A stretch of DNA of 64,000 nucleotides, from positions 1-64,000 of the forward strand of contig MCFE01000480.1 of NCBI GenBank assembly GCA_002104905.1, in the 5' to 3' direction. Below are positions 37,601 through 50,939 of the stretch, piece by piece (positions within the stretch are counted from its first letter, which is position 1; every line of letters starts with the position of its first letter). This DNA is from Basidiobolus meristosporus CBS 931.73 (Eukaryota; Fungi; Basidiobolomycota). The notes beneath the pieces are model-generated. The model saw only the letters and a program-made list of their open reading frames with translations. It ran no database searches and was not told where the DNA came from. Made by a program: the position numbers and the translations under genes.

Positions 37601-39934
37601 GTGGGAATATTGAATCAATTGGAAACCAGAGACTCTTAAGATACAGAGTATCTGTTGGGGCAAATGCTTTCCACTGGGAGCAATGCACTTGCTTTTCAAC
37701 AATATCCCTATACTGATGACCAAGTTGTACATGGCACATTTCAAGCTAAATGAGCCCTTCAAGATACCTGAGGAGTATAAAAGAGTTGGCAAGACATTAC
37801 AGAATACCTACTACCCTGAGTACTTCTCACAGACTTCAATTAATATTAATACATATATGCGGCAATACAAATGCAAAGTCTAGATGAACTTGATATGTAT
37901 TTATTCAAGTGGCAGCCTGAAGCCATTCTTATCAAGAGTATCTTGGAAGCATTGGGGGTCATATGTGAACATTGTAGGATTATTTATCCAAAAGCAGATC
38001 ACCAATGCAAACTTAACACATCAACGGCTATTGTGCACGGAGTTTGTAGCAGGATTTGAGCCGCTATACTACAAGCATAAAGCTAAATGCATAGATCTCT
38101 GCTGCTACTGTATCCATTCTCTACTCCATCTTGCTTGGTATGTGGAGAATATTGGGCCTTGCTTCACCTTTTGGAAGTATCCTATGGAGCAGATGTATGG
38201 GGAGGTAGCAAGATGAATCAAGTTGCAGGTACCACCATATCCCAATCTTGTCAAGAATATTACCTCTAAGTCTGTTGTGGATGTGATATGTTGGCACACT
38301 GAGGACAGTAAGGAAGAGTTGCCCAATATTGAGGACAGATGTGCATATGGAGACACCTATGCCTATGGCATTAAGAAGCTATGCAGCCCCAATGTGTGGG
38401 TAATTAGTTAAGTAATGCAAAGTTGGATGGGGTGCATCAAGCAACTGATTGTTATAAGGAAAACTCTGCTAAGGTATGGTGGATTTCTCTTAGTCAATAG
38501 CCAGCTTCTGCACCATTCCATAAGGAGTTTGCACAAACAAGAGCCAGAGCACACCTTTAAGGGGGACTAGTATCCAGCAGGGTGAAGGAATATATTGGCT
38601 AAGCACCAAAAAGTTCTTTGCAGATATTCAGGAGGTATTAATAGCAGAAGTGGCAGCTACTAAGCATATGTTTGCAAGATGTATGTATTACCAGCGGTAG
38701 AAGGTATATGGCAATTCAGCAAGTATCACACCAAATAGGCATAAAGTTGAGGTGATAGAAGTATATCAATTGGGGCAGGTATGCACATTTGTAGAGGTTA
38801 GTAAGCAGGAGGCCATAGTTTTTTTTGATTCTAGCCACAGGTGGGATACCCAAGGTAGTAGTGGTTAGGCAAGTAAAGAGGAGTGATTCTACAGTGGAAT
38901 ATATGAATGCACAAGGTGAGGAAGAAATACAAAATACCATTTGGTAAATTGGAATGGTGGCACTATACAGAGCTAGCTGTAGGGTGCCATACTGCTGTAA
39001 AATGCCATCAGAGACCTGCAATGAGGCTGTCAAAATACCATTATATTTTTTGCCATACAATGCAGTTGGATGTATTAACCAGCTAGATCCATTTGAAATA
39101 GCTGTAGAGTGCATTGAGACTGCAATAATGCCATGCACTTATTGTTGCAGCACCAACTAAACCCCATAGTGTTTTATAACTTTATTTGGCAGTAAAATTA
39201 GCAAAATGCTGTTGGAATCCTGTCATGAGCTTGTCAAGAGGGTCACTAATTCCAAGCTGCTGGTATCATAATGGTCTCCAAACAGGATCCTGATGGCTGG
39301 CCTGGATCAGAGCCACCTGCAGGACCAAATTAGTTTTCATAGGGATAAAGCAAAGTCATCTGGTTCCCAACAAAACCCCACCACTGACAGCAGCAGAAGA
39401 ACGGTTAGACAACAGCTTACCTTGAAAATCAGTGCAACAAGCAGTACTATATTCAAAAGGCCATGCTGACAGTATGCCCACTGAAGGTAATAATGCAGAC
39501 TCCTCAGGTGCTCAGTCAAGTAGGAAATTGAGAACATTTGCAGGACCGCAAGCTGACCATAATGCTCAGGCAGATGAGAATGTACAAAAAGCAGTATCTT
39601 TGGATGAAGGCCAGCAAGTGACCATCATATCATCACCACTGTCTGTATTAGCAAGTTGTTGTCAGCTCATACCAAAGCATTAATGAGGCAATTAGGTGCA
39701 GTGGCTGATAGGATAGATGTCATGGCCCACAGAAATCAGGAAATAGGCCAGAAACAGGCTGTGCAGATAATACCTGTAGAGTAATCAATACCTCATCTGG
39801 AGAAAGCAGTATCTTTACTGCAAAGAAGGAACTGAAGTAGCTCAGTGTCATAGCCAAAAATTGAGCCATTTCCCAAATTAACAGAATAGGAGCACTGTAC
39901 AGTCATTGTAGAACAACAAAAGTGCCCAAAGATA

Positions 39935-41385
39935 TGATGAAATATTGGACTATTTGGTATCATTCAGCAGCTAAAAACTTACTTAACAATTCTAGACTAG
40001 TCTTAGTCACTGTAGGACTCATTTAGTGCCTTAACTTTGCCACTTTCTCCAGATATATGATCTTATGATTATTCCCCTATAGTCAGGATCAAATAAGCAC
40101 TATTACCCAACATTATATAATAACCCTGAAACTGTTACAGAATGCTTTGAAATATTGAGAAACCCTCCATACTTAATGATACAGCTGTATTACTTCTACA
40201 AAGGTATAAATACTGAGCTTCTTTACAAATAAACAACAGTTCAACTATTATCACTATTTCTTGATAAGTTCCTTATATCCAAATCACTTTGTAAATTGCA
40301 ACAGTTTATGAGCTCCAAATGCCTTAATCTATTCTAAAAGATGACTTCTACCAGCAAACAGTGCAATACCAACATCTTCCCTGTAAAGGAGAGGTTTGAT
40401 GGGAAGAACTACACACTTTGGAGAATCAAGATGCAGATCCATCTTGAGGAAAGAAAGCTTTGTAACATGGTAACAGGAAAGGAAGTCAAGCCCAAAGGAA
40501 CAGCAGAAGATGTAGAGAAGTTTCAAGAGAAGGAGAGAAAGGCCTTCAATGCCATATACATCAATGTGCAAGACTCCTTCATTGGACAAATCCATGCCTC
40601 AAATACTGCCAAAGCAGCATGGGAATCCTTAGAGAAGATCTTTAGAGCAAAGTCAATATCAAGCAAGCTTTATTTGAAACAAAAGTTCTTCAACATGAGG
40701 AAGAAGCCAGATGATGAAATGCTACAACTCATTACCAGAATGGAGACACTTGCAGAAGAACTTTGCAGTATTAATGCTGGTGCAGATGATGAAGAAAAGA
40801 TACTGTGTCTGCTTTGCAACCTACCAGACAACTATGGGCCACTCATACCTTCTTTTGAAAGCAGAGAAGACCACTTGACTTCAGACTATGTCAAAGGAAG
40901 ACTTCTCCATGAAGAACTCAGACATAACAATCAAGCAGAGGAAATTGAAGATAATGCTTTATTCAGTTCCGAAAGAGACACAGAAAAGAAGGGAAAGCAA
41001 CACACCAAAGAAAACCTGGCTGCTGTAACTACTGTAAAAAGCCTGAACACTGGGCAAGAGAATTCAAGAAGAAACAAGCAGACAAAAAACAGAAACTAGA
41101 GCAGGCAAGCCATATAACTACTGATGAACAGTTATTTGTAACTGTACAAGAGAGTGCAAGTAACCAAAGTAATGAATGATATATTGACTCTGGAGCATCA
41201 CAGCATATTTGTGGTATAAAGGATTGGTTCAGCAACTTAAAGACTATTCCTGTAAGAAAGGCTTATCTGGGAGATAACTCTGCATTGGAAGCTAATGCCA
41301 GTGGGTCTATACAACTAAATATGAGTGATAACTCAGGGGCAACAACAGCAAAACTGAATGACGTACTCTATGTACCTGGAATAGC
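39935..41385 (+). mobile_element. Ty1/copia 5' fragment (LTR family 2)
   Basis: 369-bp LTR 39935-40303, PBS-like GTTTATGAGCTCC, gag ORF, protease remnant YIDSGASQHICG, then abrupt truncation. Confidence 0.9.
40341..41099 (+). CDS. Copia Gag (UBN2-type), 252-aa open frame
   Basis: FDGKNYTLWRIKMQIHL, AKAAWESLEKIF, LLCNLPDNYGPL, VKGRLLHEE. Confidence 0.85.
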   Translation: MTSTSKQCNTNIFPVKERFDGKNYTLWRIKMQIHLEERKLCNMVTGKEVKPKGTAEDVEKFQEKERKAFNAIYINVQDSFIGQIHASNTAKAAWESLEKIFRAKSISSKLYLKQKFFNMRKKPDDEMLQLITRMETLAEELCSINAGADDEEKILCLLCNLPDNYGPLIPSFESREDHLTSDYVKGRLLHEELRHNNQAEEIEDNALFSSERDTEKKGKQHTKENLAAVTTVKSLNTGQENSRRNKQTKNRN

Positions 41386-44300
41386 TTCTAGTATTGAGCT
41401 AGGTGTTCTCAGTAAATGAGGCACTGGTCCATCTATTTTGGCCTGCTTGACAGCTACTGACACTCTTCTAGCAACCTGTCATTTCTTCCCTACATGTTTT
41501 GAGCTTTGTTTCCTGGCAGTGATAAGTTCCTGAGGAAGCCACTGGTGTTTATTGATACCAGGTCCTTCACACTATTCTGGACAGGTACTTCTTTAATGAT
41601 CCTATGCTTTTTGCTTGATAAACAAGGCACTGATGCATCTTTTTCTGCCTGCTTTTTCCTTAAAAGCCCTTCTCTGGCTACTTCATATTTCTTTGCTGCT
41701 TGTGCAAAGCTTTTATACTTGCTTTCAATGGGCTCTTAAGGATGCCATGGGCTTTTAGCTGTGGATCCCTTGTTCTACTTCCTTTAAAGGTTTCCGCTTT
41801 TCACAATATATTTTCTTAACATATCAAAGCTTGGCCTGGAAGTTCTGATGATCCTATAAAATGCCTGTCTTAAGGGTACTATAGTCCACTGCTTAAATGC
41901 TTAGGTGGGGCAGTTTTCAGTTAAGTAGCATTGCATTTAGCCTTTTAGTAAATCAGTATTTACTACTTGATCATGGTGTTTAACAGCAGATAAATCCGCA
42001 TTTACTTATCAAGCAATAATGTGTGTATTAAGTAAGATCCCATTGGGTGAAGATGACACTATTAAATGAGTCAAGAGCCACAGCCTTCATTATAATCTGT
42101 TTCATTCAGCTACTTGAGTTCCTTCTTTGCATCTATGATATTGTATTTTCAACCTCAGATATTGATTGCTCTGTATGCATTATCCACTCATCCTGTCTCA
42201 GGAAATTTCCTGATATCTGCAGCCCACAGGATCCTATTAGTCAGTGAGCCTAATTGTCTTATCAAAGCATTGATAAGAGCTGACAACTTTTATGCTTCCA
42301 CTGGTGGTGGTGATATTGCAACAGTCACTTGCAGGTTGTCCACTGGAGGCACAGTATATGCTCCATTTCATCTGCATCAGCATTTGATCACCTTGCAGCT
42401 CTGCAGAGATTTGCAGCTGCCTATATCACTGCAAGTCTGATGAGCTTTCATTATTACCTTGTATGGGCACATTGCCATTTTGTCCTTTTTTACATGTTAC
42501 TCTGCTTATTGTAAAGAATGTTAATGCAAGTTGTTGTCTAGCTGCTCTTTGGCTATTGTCCACAGTGAGGATTGGTTAGGAACCAGACTTTGTGGTTTTA
42601 TTTCCTGGCTCCATATGTATGGAAGCAGGTCAAGCCAAAGAGTAAAAAGTGTAATATATACGGGTGTATGTAATGCCACAGCTCTACTTATAATAATTAC
42701 TCTAGTAGGTCATTGTTGCGTCTTACATTCATGGATGTAAAGTGTGTCAAACATAAAACTGGTTAAACTCTTATAAGAATTGACAAGAAGATGATAAATT
42801 AGCATTACACTGTTAAGTGTTGTGCTGTTTGCCCAATGGACTAGACTACTATGATTCCAAACCATAAGAGAAAGCAAAAAGATCACATCGCTTTTGTAAC
42901 AAGCCTCTCTGCCATGAAGCATACAAGAAGCATAGGAAATATTACTAGGAACATGGTCTGTGCTTTGTTACCACAGTCATATTTAGGCATTCATTAGGAA
43001 CTGCCAAACCAACAATATTTAGTTGGACACCTGATACCTCTGTAATAGCACCTAGCCACACTGGACACCTTGTGCAAAATCAGTCAGGTGAGTCTGTGAC
43101 ACTTTTTGGCTCACCTTAGCCTTCTGAATATGGCCCATAGAGTGATAGCTCTGACAACCAAGGCTCACTGATAGATTGTGAGCCAATCTGCTCTCAAAAT
43201 AATACTCAGTATCAGCCAGGCAAAATTTTATAATTCAAAGGAGAAAACATACATATAAAAAATTTCAGGGATATCTTATGCAACCAAGTTAGGGCAGCAT
43301 TTCACATACTGGTGAATGATCTGATGTTATGGCTACAGCAGTGATGTGTTTCCACCAAGATCAGCTATGGCCACCACTACTTCTTGCCAAAACCTTACTT
43401 GAATATAACTTACCATATATGTAGTACAAATGAAGTATTAAAATGTGGCTGGCTGCATATGACCCAGAGAATGTCCTGATACCAGCATGTGTTAGCAGTG
43501 GTATTGTATTCACCATAGAGAATGCCACCACTGCAAGGTGTCCAACTTGCTGAAATCCACCACCACCTGAGGAATATGTTATTCATGCTCTGAATATATT
43601 CTGGTAATGAAGCATGTAAGGAAGCACATGCAGTCTAGCAAGATGTAATGCTATGATGTACTGCCCAATATCAATGAAGAGCAAACACTTCCAAAATATA
43701 CTGAAATCCTGCTGACCATTAATTCTCATCAACCTGAACTTGCCACTAGTCTTGTAGTATCTGATTTTTCCCATAACACCACCATTAGGAGAAACATTCT
43801 TCCACTGAGAGAACATACAGAAGTCAGCATGCAACTGCAGCAAAGCTTGCAAGCTATAATCTATTAGACAATAAAATTATGCAAAATTGTCTATACTCAA
43901 AATGGAGGGAATATGTTAGAGCAAAAACTTTCTATTGGGTGCAATGAATTGCTCCTTAGTAGTATCACTGCACTGATGACAAAGTTCTAATTGTGGCATT
44001 CCAAGCTACATGAGCCCTGGAGACACCAGTGAAATGTGAAAAAGATGACAAGATATTACTGGGTATCTACTGCCCAAAGTACCTGTCATAAGCTTGAGTC
44101 AATTGTCATATGCATATGCACTAACACAAATGCAAAGTCTTGATGAGCTAGATATGTGTATTCAAGTAGCCTTCTTAAGCTGCTTTTACCAAGAGAGTTT
44201 TGGAAGCTTAGAGAGTTATATGTCTGCCATGCAGGAGTATTAATGCAGCAGCAGTTCACCAAAGCCAGTTTGGCTCATCTAAAGCTTTGATATAGCAAGT

Positions 44301-45560
44301 TTGTGATAGAGTTTTGGTGGTAATACTACAAGCATAAAGTTGAATGCACAGATTGTTGCCACTACTGTTCTGATTCATAACTCTATTTTACTTGGTATAT
44401 GCAGAGTGTCAGGCCTTGTTTCACCTTATTGGAACTTCCTATAGAGCAGATGCATTGGCATATAACAAGACAAGTCAAATTGCAGGTACCACTGTAGCCC
44501 TATCATAACTAGAATACAGCCTTCAAGACCATAATGAATATGATGAGCAGGCTTATGGAGGACAACAGGGAAGAGTTGGAAAATATAGAGGACCAATGCT
44601 CACATGGAAACACATATGCTTTTGACATTAAAAAGTTAAGCAGCTCCCATTCATGGGTAATCAGTTAAGTAATTCAATGATGGATTGGACAGAATATGTA
44701 ACTAGTTCATAAAAGGACAACTTTACCAAAGTATGCCGGTTTTCTACTGGTAACAAGTCATTTCTACACCACTTAATATAGAATTCACACAATCAAGACG
44801 CAGAGAGCACCTATATGGGGGACCAAAATCTAGTATGTTAAAGAAACATATTGGTTGAGTACCAAGACATACCCTGCAGATATTTAGGAGGTACTAATGG
44901 CAAAAGTGGCAGTAATCAAGCATATCTCACATAATGTATATGTTATCAGCAATACAAGACATATGACAACCATGCAATTGCTATGATGAAACACTACAAA
45001 GTGAGGTGATTGACATGAATCAGTTGCAGTGGGTGTGCACATATTTACAGGTTAGTAAGCAGGTGGTCATATTTTTTTTATGCAAAATATATATGGAATA
45101 CCTGCAGCTGCAGAGGGTAAGCAAAAAATCAGAGGTGATTCCATAGTAGAATACATGATTGGCTCAAGCAGAGGTAGAAAAGGAAATACCATTTGATAAA
45201 TTTGTACAGTAGCACACTACAGTGGTAGCTGTAGGCTGCTACACTGCTATTACAATGCCAACAGAGGTCTGCAAGAAGGCAAATGTACCATTGAGTTTCT
45301 TATTCTATAAGGGTAGGTGCTGAATTACCCATTGGGTTGGCTCAAAAATGTACAATGCGTATCATATGACTATTGCTACACTGCCATATTATTTAATTTG
45401 CTTTGGTAGCCAAACCAACTAAATGCCTCACAAGCCCACCATAAGATCAAGTCAAGGGGCAATAATTCCAAGTTGATGGCAAAATAATGGCTCAAAACAG
45501 GCTCCTGATTGCTGACCTGGACTGAATTCACTTGCAGGGCAAAGTTATGTTATATATGGG
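41386..45560 (+). mobile_element. CACTA/CMC copy E, left-truncated and heavily decayed
   Basis: Colinear with copy B (ORF1 minus, transposase plus); degenerate TIR TTATGTTATATATGGG ending at ~45560. Confidence 0.8.
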
Positions 45561-45899
45561 CATGGCTTTGTTGAAAAGATATTGCCTAAGATTTTTTTCT
45601 AATAGTTCAGTTGGGCAAGTATTAGAGGTAGCATATCTTTAGTGGAAGAGAACATCATTGAATATGAATCAAAGGAAGAGACAAGATCCATAGACTTAGG
45701 CAGATAGATGGAGATGACTTTGCAAGAGCGGTATTGTCTGAGCAAAGAGAGGATATTGTAAAGAGAATGCTGAAGATCTCTGGGGGTAGAATAAGGTCTG
45801 TAGACAACATGTTTGCCAGCAGCAACAACAATGGCCTTGATACCAATGTGAAAATAAAAGTTGTCAGAACTTGAGGATGATGGCTAATTGGATTTGTAA

Positions 45900-47053
45900 A
45901 ATTGGAGAACAAGATAACTGTGAGAAACAAATGACTTGTCAACATATGTATAAATGGAGAGGCTGCTGATGTTGGTCACCTCAAGGGTGATGTTGCAAGG
46001 GAACCTTTTTTATTGACAATAACAAAGACTTAGTTATGCTTGCACAATGGAGGACAGTATTTTTACATGTAGCCAAGGGGAAGCTAACAATCAGAAGGTG
46101 CAAGTAGTTTTTGCAGGAGAGTATTTTGTTTTTTAGACATAAGCTACACAATGGAGATAGACATCTAGAAATTGAAGGAACCTATGGTCTTGTGAAAGCC
46201 AGAGCATGGTGGCCCAGAATGAAACAAGATATTGAGAAGCTAGAGAAAGCATGCCCAAATTGCCAAGTCAACCAAGGCCAACCACAGAATATTGCTGATC
46301 TCTTTCCCTCAGAGTGTGTAAGACCTTCTGAGAGATGTGGAATTTACTTTATTGGAAGACTACCAACCACCAGCAAATGCAAGTATTGGATCATGGTAGC
46401 AATTGGCCATGCTACTAAATGGCCAGTGGCTAAAGCAGTACCTGTAGCCAGTGAGCAAGAAGTTGCAAGTTTTGTCTATCATGAGATCCGTATGAAGTTT
46501 GGATGCCCTGTAGAGACTCATCCAATAGAAGAGCAAACTCTATGGCAAAGACATTGGAAGCTTCCCCAAATATGCAGCAGAGCAAACATCTGAAAACCTT
46601 ACCATAGCTCCCTGCAACTAATGGAACTACTGAGTGGCTTAATAGATTATATGCAAAAATGCTGACCAAGTTTGCAAATGCAACTGTCAGTAGATAGGAT
46701 GAATACATAGATCAAACACTTTTCCCTGCAGGTTTAGAGTGCCCAACACCACCCAACAATTGCCATTTTACGTAGTTCACAGATGTGAACCAAGGATTCC
46801 AGGGGTCCTCACACAGCCAAAGCTTGTGGACATCTTAGAAGATGAAATCAGTCAGCCAAGTTGACATCAGCAGCTGGAACAAAGAAGTCAAGAGGCACAG
46901 GCCAAGTTATCTCAGAGGGCAGAAAAGATGAAGCAGAGATTTTCAAAAGCTAAATCACCAGAGGCATCAACAGTAGGGAACTTGAATTATAGAGAAACAA
47001 CACATGGCAGAAGCTTGAGCCATAATTGACAGGATCTTTCATGATCATCAGCA
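45900..47053 (+). mobile_element. Ty3/gypsy integrase fragment
   Basis: H-H-C-C zinc region (HLEIEGTYGLVKARAWWPRMKQDI..CPNCQ) and core WPVAKAVP..EVASFVYHEI.MKFGCP; same family as 54926-58630. Confidence 0.85.
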
Positions 47054-50000
47054 TTGGATATATAGAACTAACCAAGAAATAGTGATAATTGTTGAACTGT
47101 TGTTTATTGATAAAATTGCTCAGTATTAATACCTTTCTAGAAGTAATACAGCTGTGGTACTAAGTAAGGAGGGCTTCTCAACGTTCAGGAGCATTCTGTC
47201 ACAGCTTCAAGGTTAGTATACAGTGCTTAGTAAAAAGTGCCAATTTGATCTTGACTATAGGGGAATATCATATAATCATAGATCTCAAGAAACTGGCAAA
47301 GTTAGGGCTGTAAGTTAGTCCTACAGTGACGAAGATTAGTCTAGAGTTATTAAGTAAACATTTAGCTGCGGAATGATTCCATGCAGTCCAATATTTCAAC
47401 ACTCCCTCTCAGCTAAATAATTTCTTAACCCTAATTTCTCTCTGAGATTCTCAAATTATGGTCTAGCTGGTGGCCTTGTCAACAAATCTGCCACCATTTT
47501 TTCAGTTGGACAGTGAGTTAATTCTATTTGTTATTTTCTTCATTGTCCCTCACAAAGTGGTGTTGTATATCTATGTGCTTAGTTCTGCCATGTTTAGTAG
47601 GATTCCTAGACAATGAGATGCAATTTTGATTATCTTTGTGAATAGATGTTGGTTCATCTGAATTGAGACCTTAGTCTTTGAATAGTATTCTAGACATATA
47701 GCCTCCTTAATTGCTTGACAAGCAGCCATATATTCAGCTTCAGCTGTCAATAGGGCCACATTATGAAGCATCTACAAATGTCCCTGATGAACTTAGAACA
47801 ACTCAGCACGACTCTCTGCATGGATATGTCAAGTTTCACTTCAATTATAAAGAAATAAGTACTTTCACCTCAAGCTTGCTGAAGATCTAACTTTGTCTGT
47901 TTTAGTGCCTCCTGGACACTTGTGGCTTCTATTAGGTTGTCCACATAAAGAAACAGAATGATCACAACCTGTTTGAGCAGTTCCACATTTATATTGCGAT
48001 CTGCAGTGTTGCAAATCAACATAATATCCTCAAAATATGTGTCCATATCAATACACCACTCTATTGGTGCCTGCTTAAGGCCAAACACTGATTTACAAAG
48101 TCTTGTGTCTTATGGGTGTCTGTTGGATTGGTAAAATCTTCTGGTTGCTCCATATATATAGTTTCTTGCAAGTCACCATTTAGAAAGGCTGGTTTGACAT
48201 CCATTTGGTGTAGATCTAGACTTTGGAAAGCTGCCAGGGGTAGATCTGCCCTAATGGAGTTAAACTAGGTAACCAGAGCAAATGTTTCCTTAAAGTCCAG
48301 TCTCTAGATCTGGCAATAGCCTTTAGTCACTAACTCCAGCCAAATACCTATCAAGGGTATCATTTGTAGGTCTGGTTTTTTACTTGTTTATGCTTCAATG
48401 GGTGTAAAATCACAGAGTGCAGTTGTGGGGCATCTATTCTTGATGCTTACTGAGGTGTCAACTGATTAGCCCAGAACTTGTAGTCTAATCTCCTTATCAT
48501 GTGGCATAGATCCTCCCATCTTTGCTATTGTACTACTTGCATGTTCTGCTACACCATTTTACTCCATTTTGCTGTGGAGTATGTGGAAGAGTGGGATGTT
48601 GAAGTATACCAGTAGATGGGCTGTATTTTGCAAACTATTTTGAGCTGTAATCCCCTCTACTGTCACTCAAAGTACCTTCAACTTTCACCCTGTTTGTGCA
48701 TCTGCCATGTCCTTGAAGTGTTTAATTGCTTCTAAAGCCTCATCCTTTGTTTTGAAGAGGTACACCCAAGTATATTTTGTCTTGTCATCAATAACTGTCA
48801 TAAAGTATCTTTTGGCTCCAGAGGACAGTGTTCTGATGTGCTTGCATATGTCTGAGTGTACCATAGCCATTATGTTGGTGGTTTTGATGCCTTCTGAGCT
48901 CCTGAAATGTTGCCTTGCTTGTTTGCCCTATGAACATCCCTTACAGACACTCAATTTGATTGGAATTGAGTATTTTAGGCCTAAAACAAGCCACTTTTTC
49001 ACCAATATGCTCTTTCTTTTCCCCATTGTGTCCCAGCCCTCTTTGTTGCATCTCCCAGTAAGTTTCAATAGTTTCAGCAATGTGTCTATACTCAAGTACA
49101 ATGATCTTCCGTCTGAACTTGTAGATAGTGTGATCTCTGATTCCCAAAGCTAATTTTAGTTCATTTTCACTCAGTATTGAGCAACTCAGCTTAGTAAAAG
49201 CAAACTTCAGTCCCTGAGCAGTTGCTTTACTGACTGAGGGTAGGTTCTTAACTATTCCAGGTACATAGAGTACAACAGTCAGTTTTGCTGTTGTGGCACC
49301 TGAGATATCACTCATTTTTAGTTGCATAGACCCACTGGTGGCAACTTCCAGGCAGCGTTGTCTTTCAGGTAAACCTTTCTTTAGGGAATAGTCTTTGAGC
49401 TGCTGAGCTGCTCCTTTGTACCACAAATATGCTGTGATGCTCTAGAGTCAATATATCACTCATTACTTAGTTTGCTTGCACTTTCTTGTTCAGTTACAGA
49501 TAATTGTTCATCAAGAGTTGTATGGGTTACCTGCTCCAGCTTCTGTTCTTTGTCTGCCTTTTCTTCTTGCATTCTCTTGCCCAGTGCCCTGGTATCTTAC
49601 AGTTGTTACAGTAAACCAATTTCTTTGATTTTGTGGCTTTGCCTTCTTTTTATGTGCCTTTCTGAGCTGAATAATACATTGTCTGCAATATTCTCTGCTT
49701 GATCATTATGTCTTAGTTCTTCATGGAGAAGTTTTCCTTTGACATAGTCTAAAGTCAAAATGTCTTCTCTGCTTTGAAAAGAAAGTGTGAGTGGCTGATA
49801 CTTGTCTGGTAGGCTGCAAAGCAGACAGAGTATCTTTTCTTCATCATCTACACCAGCATTAATACTCTAAAGCTCTTCTGCAAGTATCTCCATTCTGGTA
49901 AAGAGTTGCAGCATGTCATCATCTGGCCTCTTCCTTGTGTTGAAGAGCTATTGTCTCAAATAAAGATTGCATGATACTGACTTGGCTCTAAAGATCTTTT

Positions 50001-50696
50001 TTATTGATCCCCATGCTGCTTTGGCAGTATTGGAAGCATGGATTTGTCCAATGAAGAAATCTTGCATATATATACATATGGCATTAAGGACCTTTTTCTC
50101 CTTATCTTAAAACTTCTCTACTTTCTCTACTGTTCCTTTGGGCTCATCTTCTTTTCCTTCTAGTATATCTCAAAGCTTTCTTTCCTCAAGGCAGTAATGC
50201 ATATTTATTCTCCAAAGTCTGTGTTTCCTCCAATCAAACCTTTCCTTTACAGGGAAAATGTTTGTATGGGACTGTTTGCTGGTAGAAGCCATCTTTCAAT
50301 AAATCAAGACAATCAGGGATCATAACTTCTTGCAACTTAAAAAGCAATTTAGAAATAAGAAACTTATCTAGAAATAGTGATAATGGCTGAGCTGTGGTTT
50401 ATTCATAGAGTGGCTCAGTATTTATACCTTTGTAGAAGTATTACAGTTGTGACACCATGTAAGAAAGGTTTCTCAGTATTCAGGAGCATTCTGTAACAAT
50501 TTCAGTGTTAGTACACAACGTTTGGTAAAAGATGCTTGATTGATCTTGACTATAGGGGAATATTTGTAGGATCATAGATCTGAGGAAGCCAGCAAAGTTA
50601 GGGCTGTAAACTAGTCCTATAATGTCTAAGATTAGTCTAGAGTGTTAAGTCAATTTTAAGCTGCAGAATAATACCAAATAGTTCAACATATCAGCA
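47054..50696 (-). mobile_element. Two-LTR Ty1/copia relic (family 2) with internal deletions
   Basis: 5' LTR 50328-50696, PBS-like AGTTATGATCCC, gag, protease, integrase (VHSDIC, VIDDKTKYTWVY), RT (FGLKQAP, LYVDNL), RNase H (TAEAEYMA), PPT 47402-47413, 3' LTR 47054-47401 lacking its last ~20 bp. Confidence 0.9.
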
Positions 50697-50724
50697 GCTA
50701 ATAGGTAAGATTTGGTGGTTATCA

Positions 50725-50935
50725 GTGTTGCAACTCTTGATGTAAGAGTTGTCAAGGAATAGGGAGTTAAGCTAGTATTGTATTCACTAAAACTTGAACT
50801 GATTTTTATTGAGGTTCCAGCAGCTCCTTAAATACATTTTGCCAGATCAATTGCTGACTAATTGTATATCTCATTGTAGGTTGTGGCTGATGACTCATTT
50901 GATTGCATCATCATCTCCCAACAAGCTGGTAAACA
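50725..50935 (-). repeat. Partial gypsy LTR
   Basis: Direct match to 58263-58460. Confidence 0.8.
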
Positions 50936-50939
50936 AACA

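Larger units (their letters stand above)
31064..39344 (+). mobile_element. Structurally complete CACTA/CMC transposon copy B (~5.7 kb without its three nested insertions)
   Basis: TIRs CCCAATGAGAAAA / TAGTTTTCATAGGG; 3-bp TSD ATA at 31061-63 and 39345-47; tnp2-like transposase remnants on plus (35343-38411; FALALDGF, YPLLDEF, HSLLHLAWYVENIGPCFTFW); accessory ORF1 on minus (31468-~33170). Confidence 0.9.
27667..39934 (-). mobile_element. CACTA/CMC transposon copy A, interrupted by copy B and truncated by a copia insertion
   Basis: TIR CCCTATGAGAAA at 27667; 213-aa transposase remnant 28514-29155 (HSLFHLAWCVENIAPCFTFWEFP); sequence resumes at 39345 after copy B. Confidence 0.85.
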
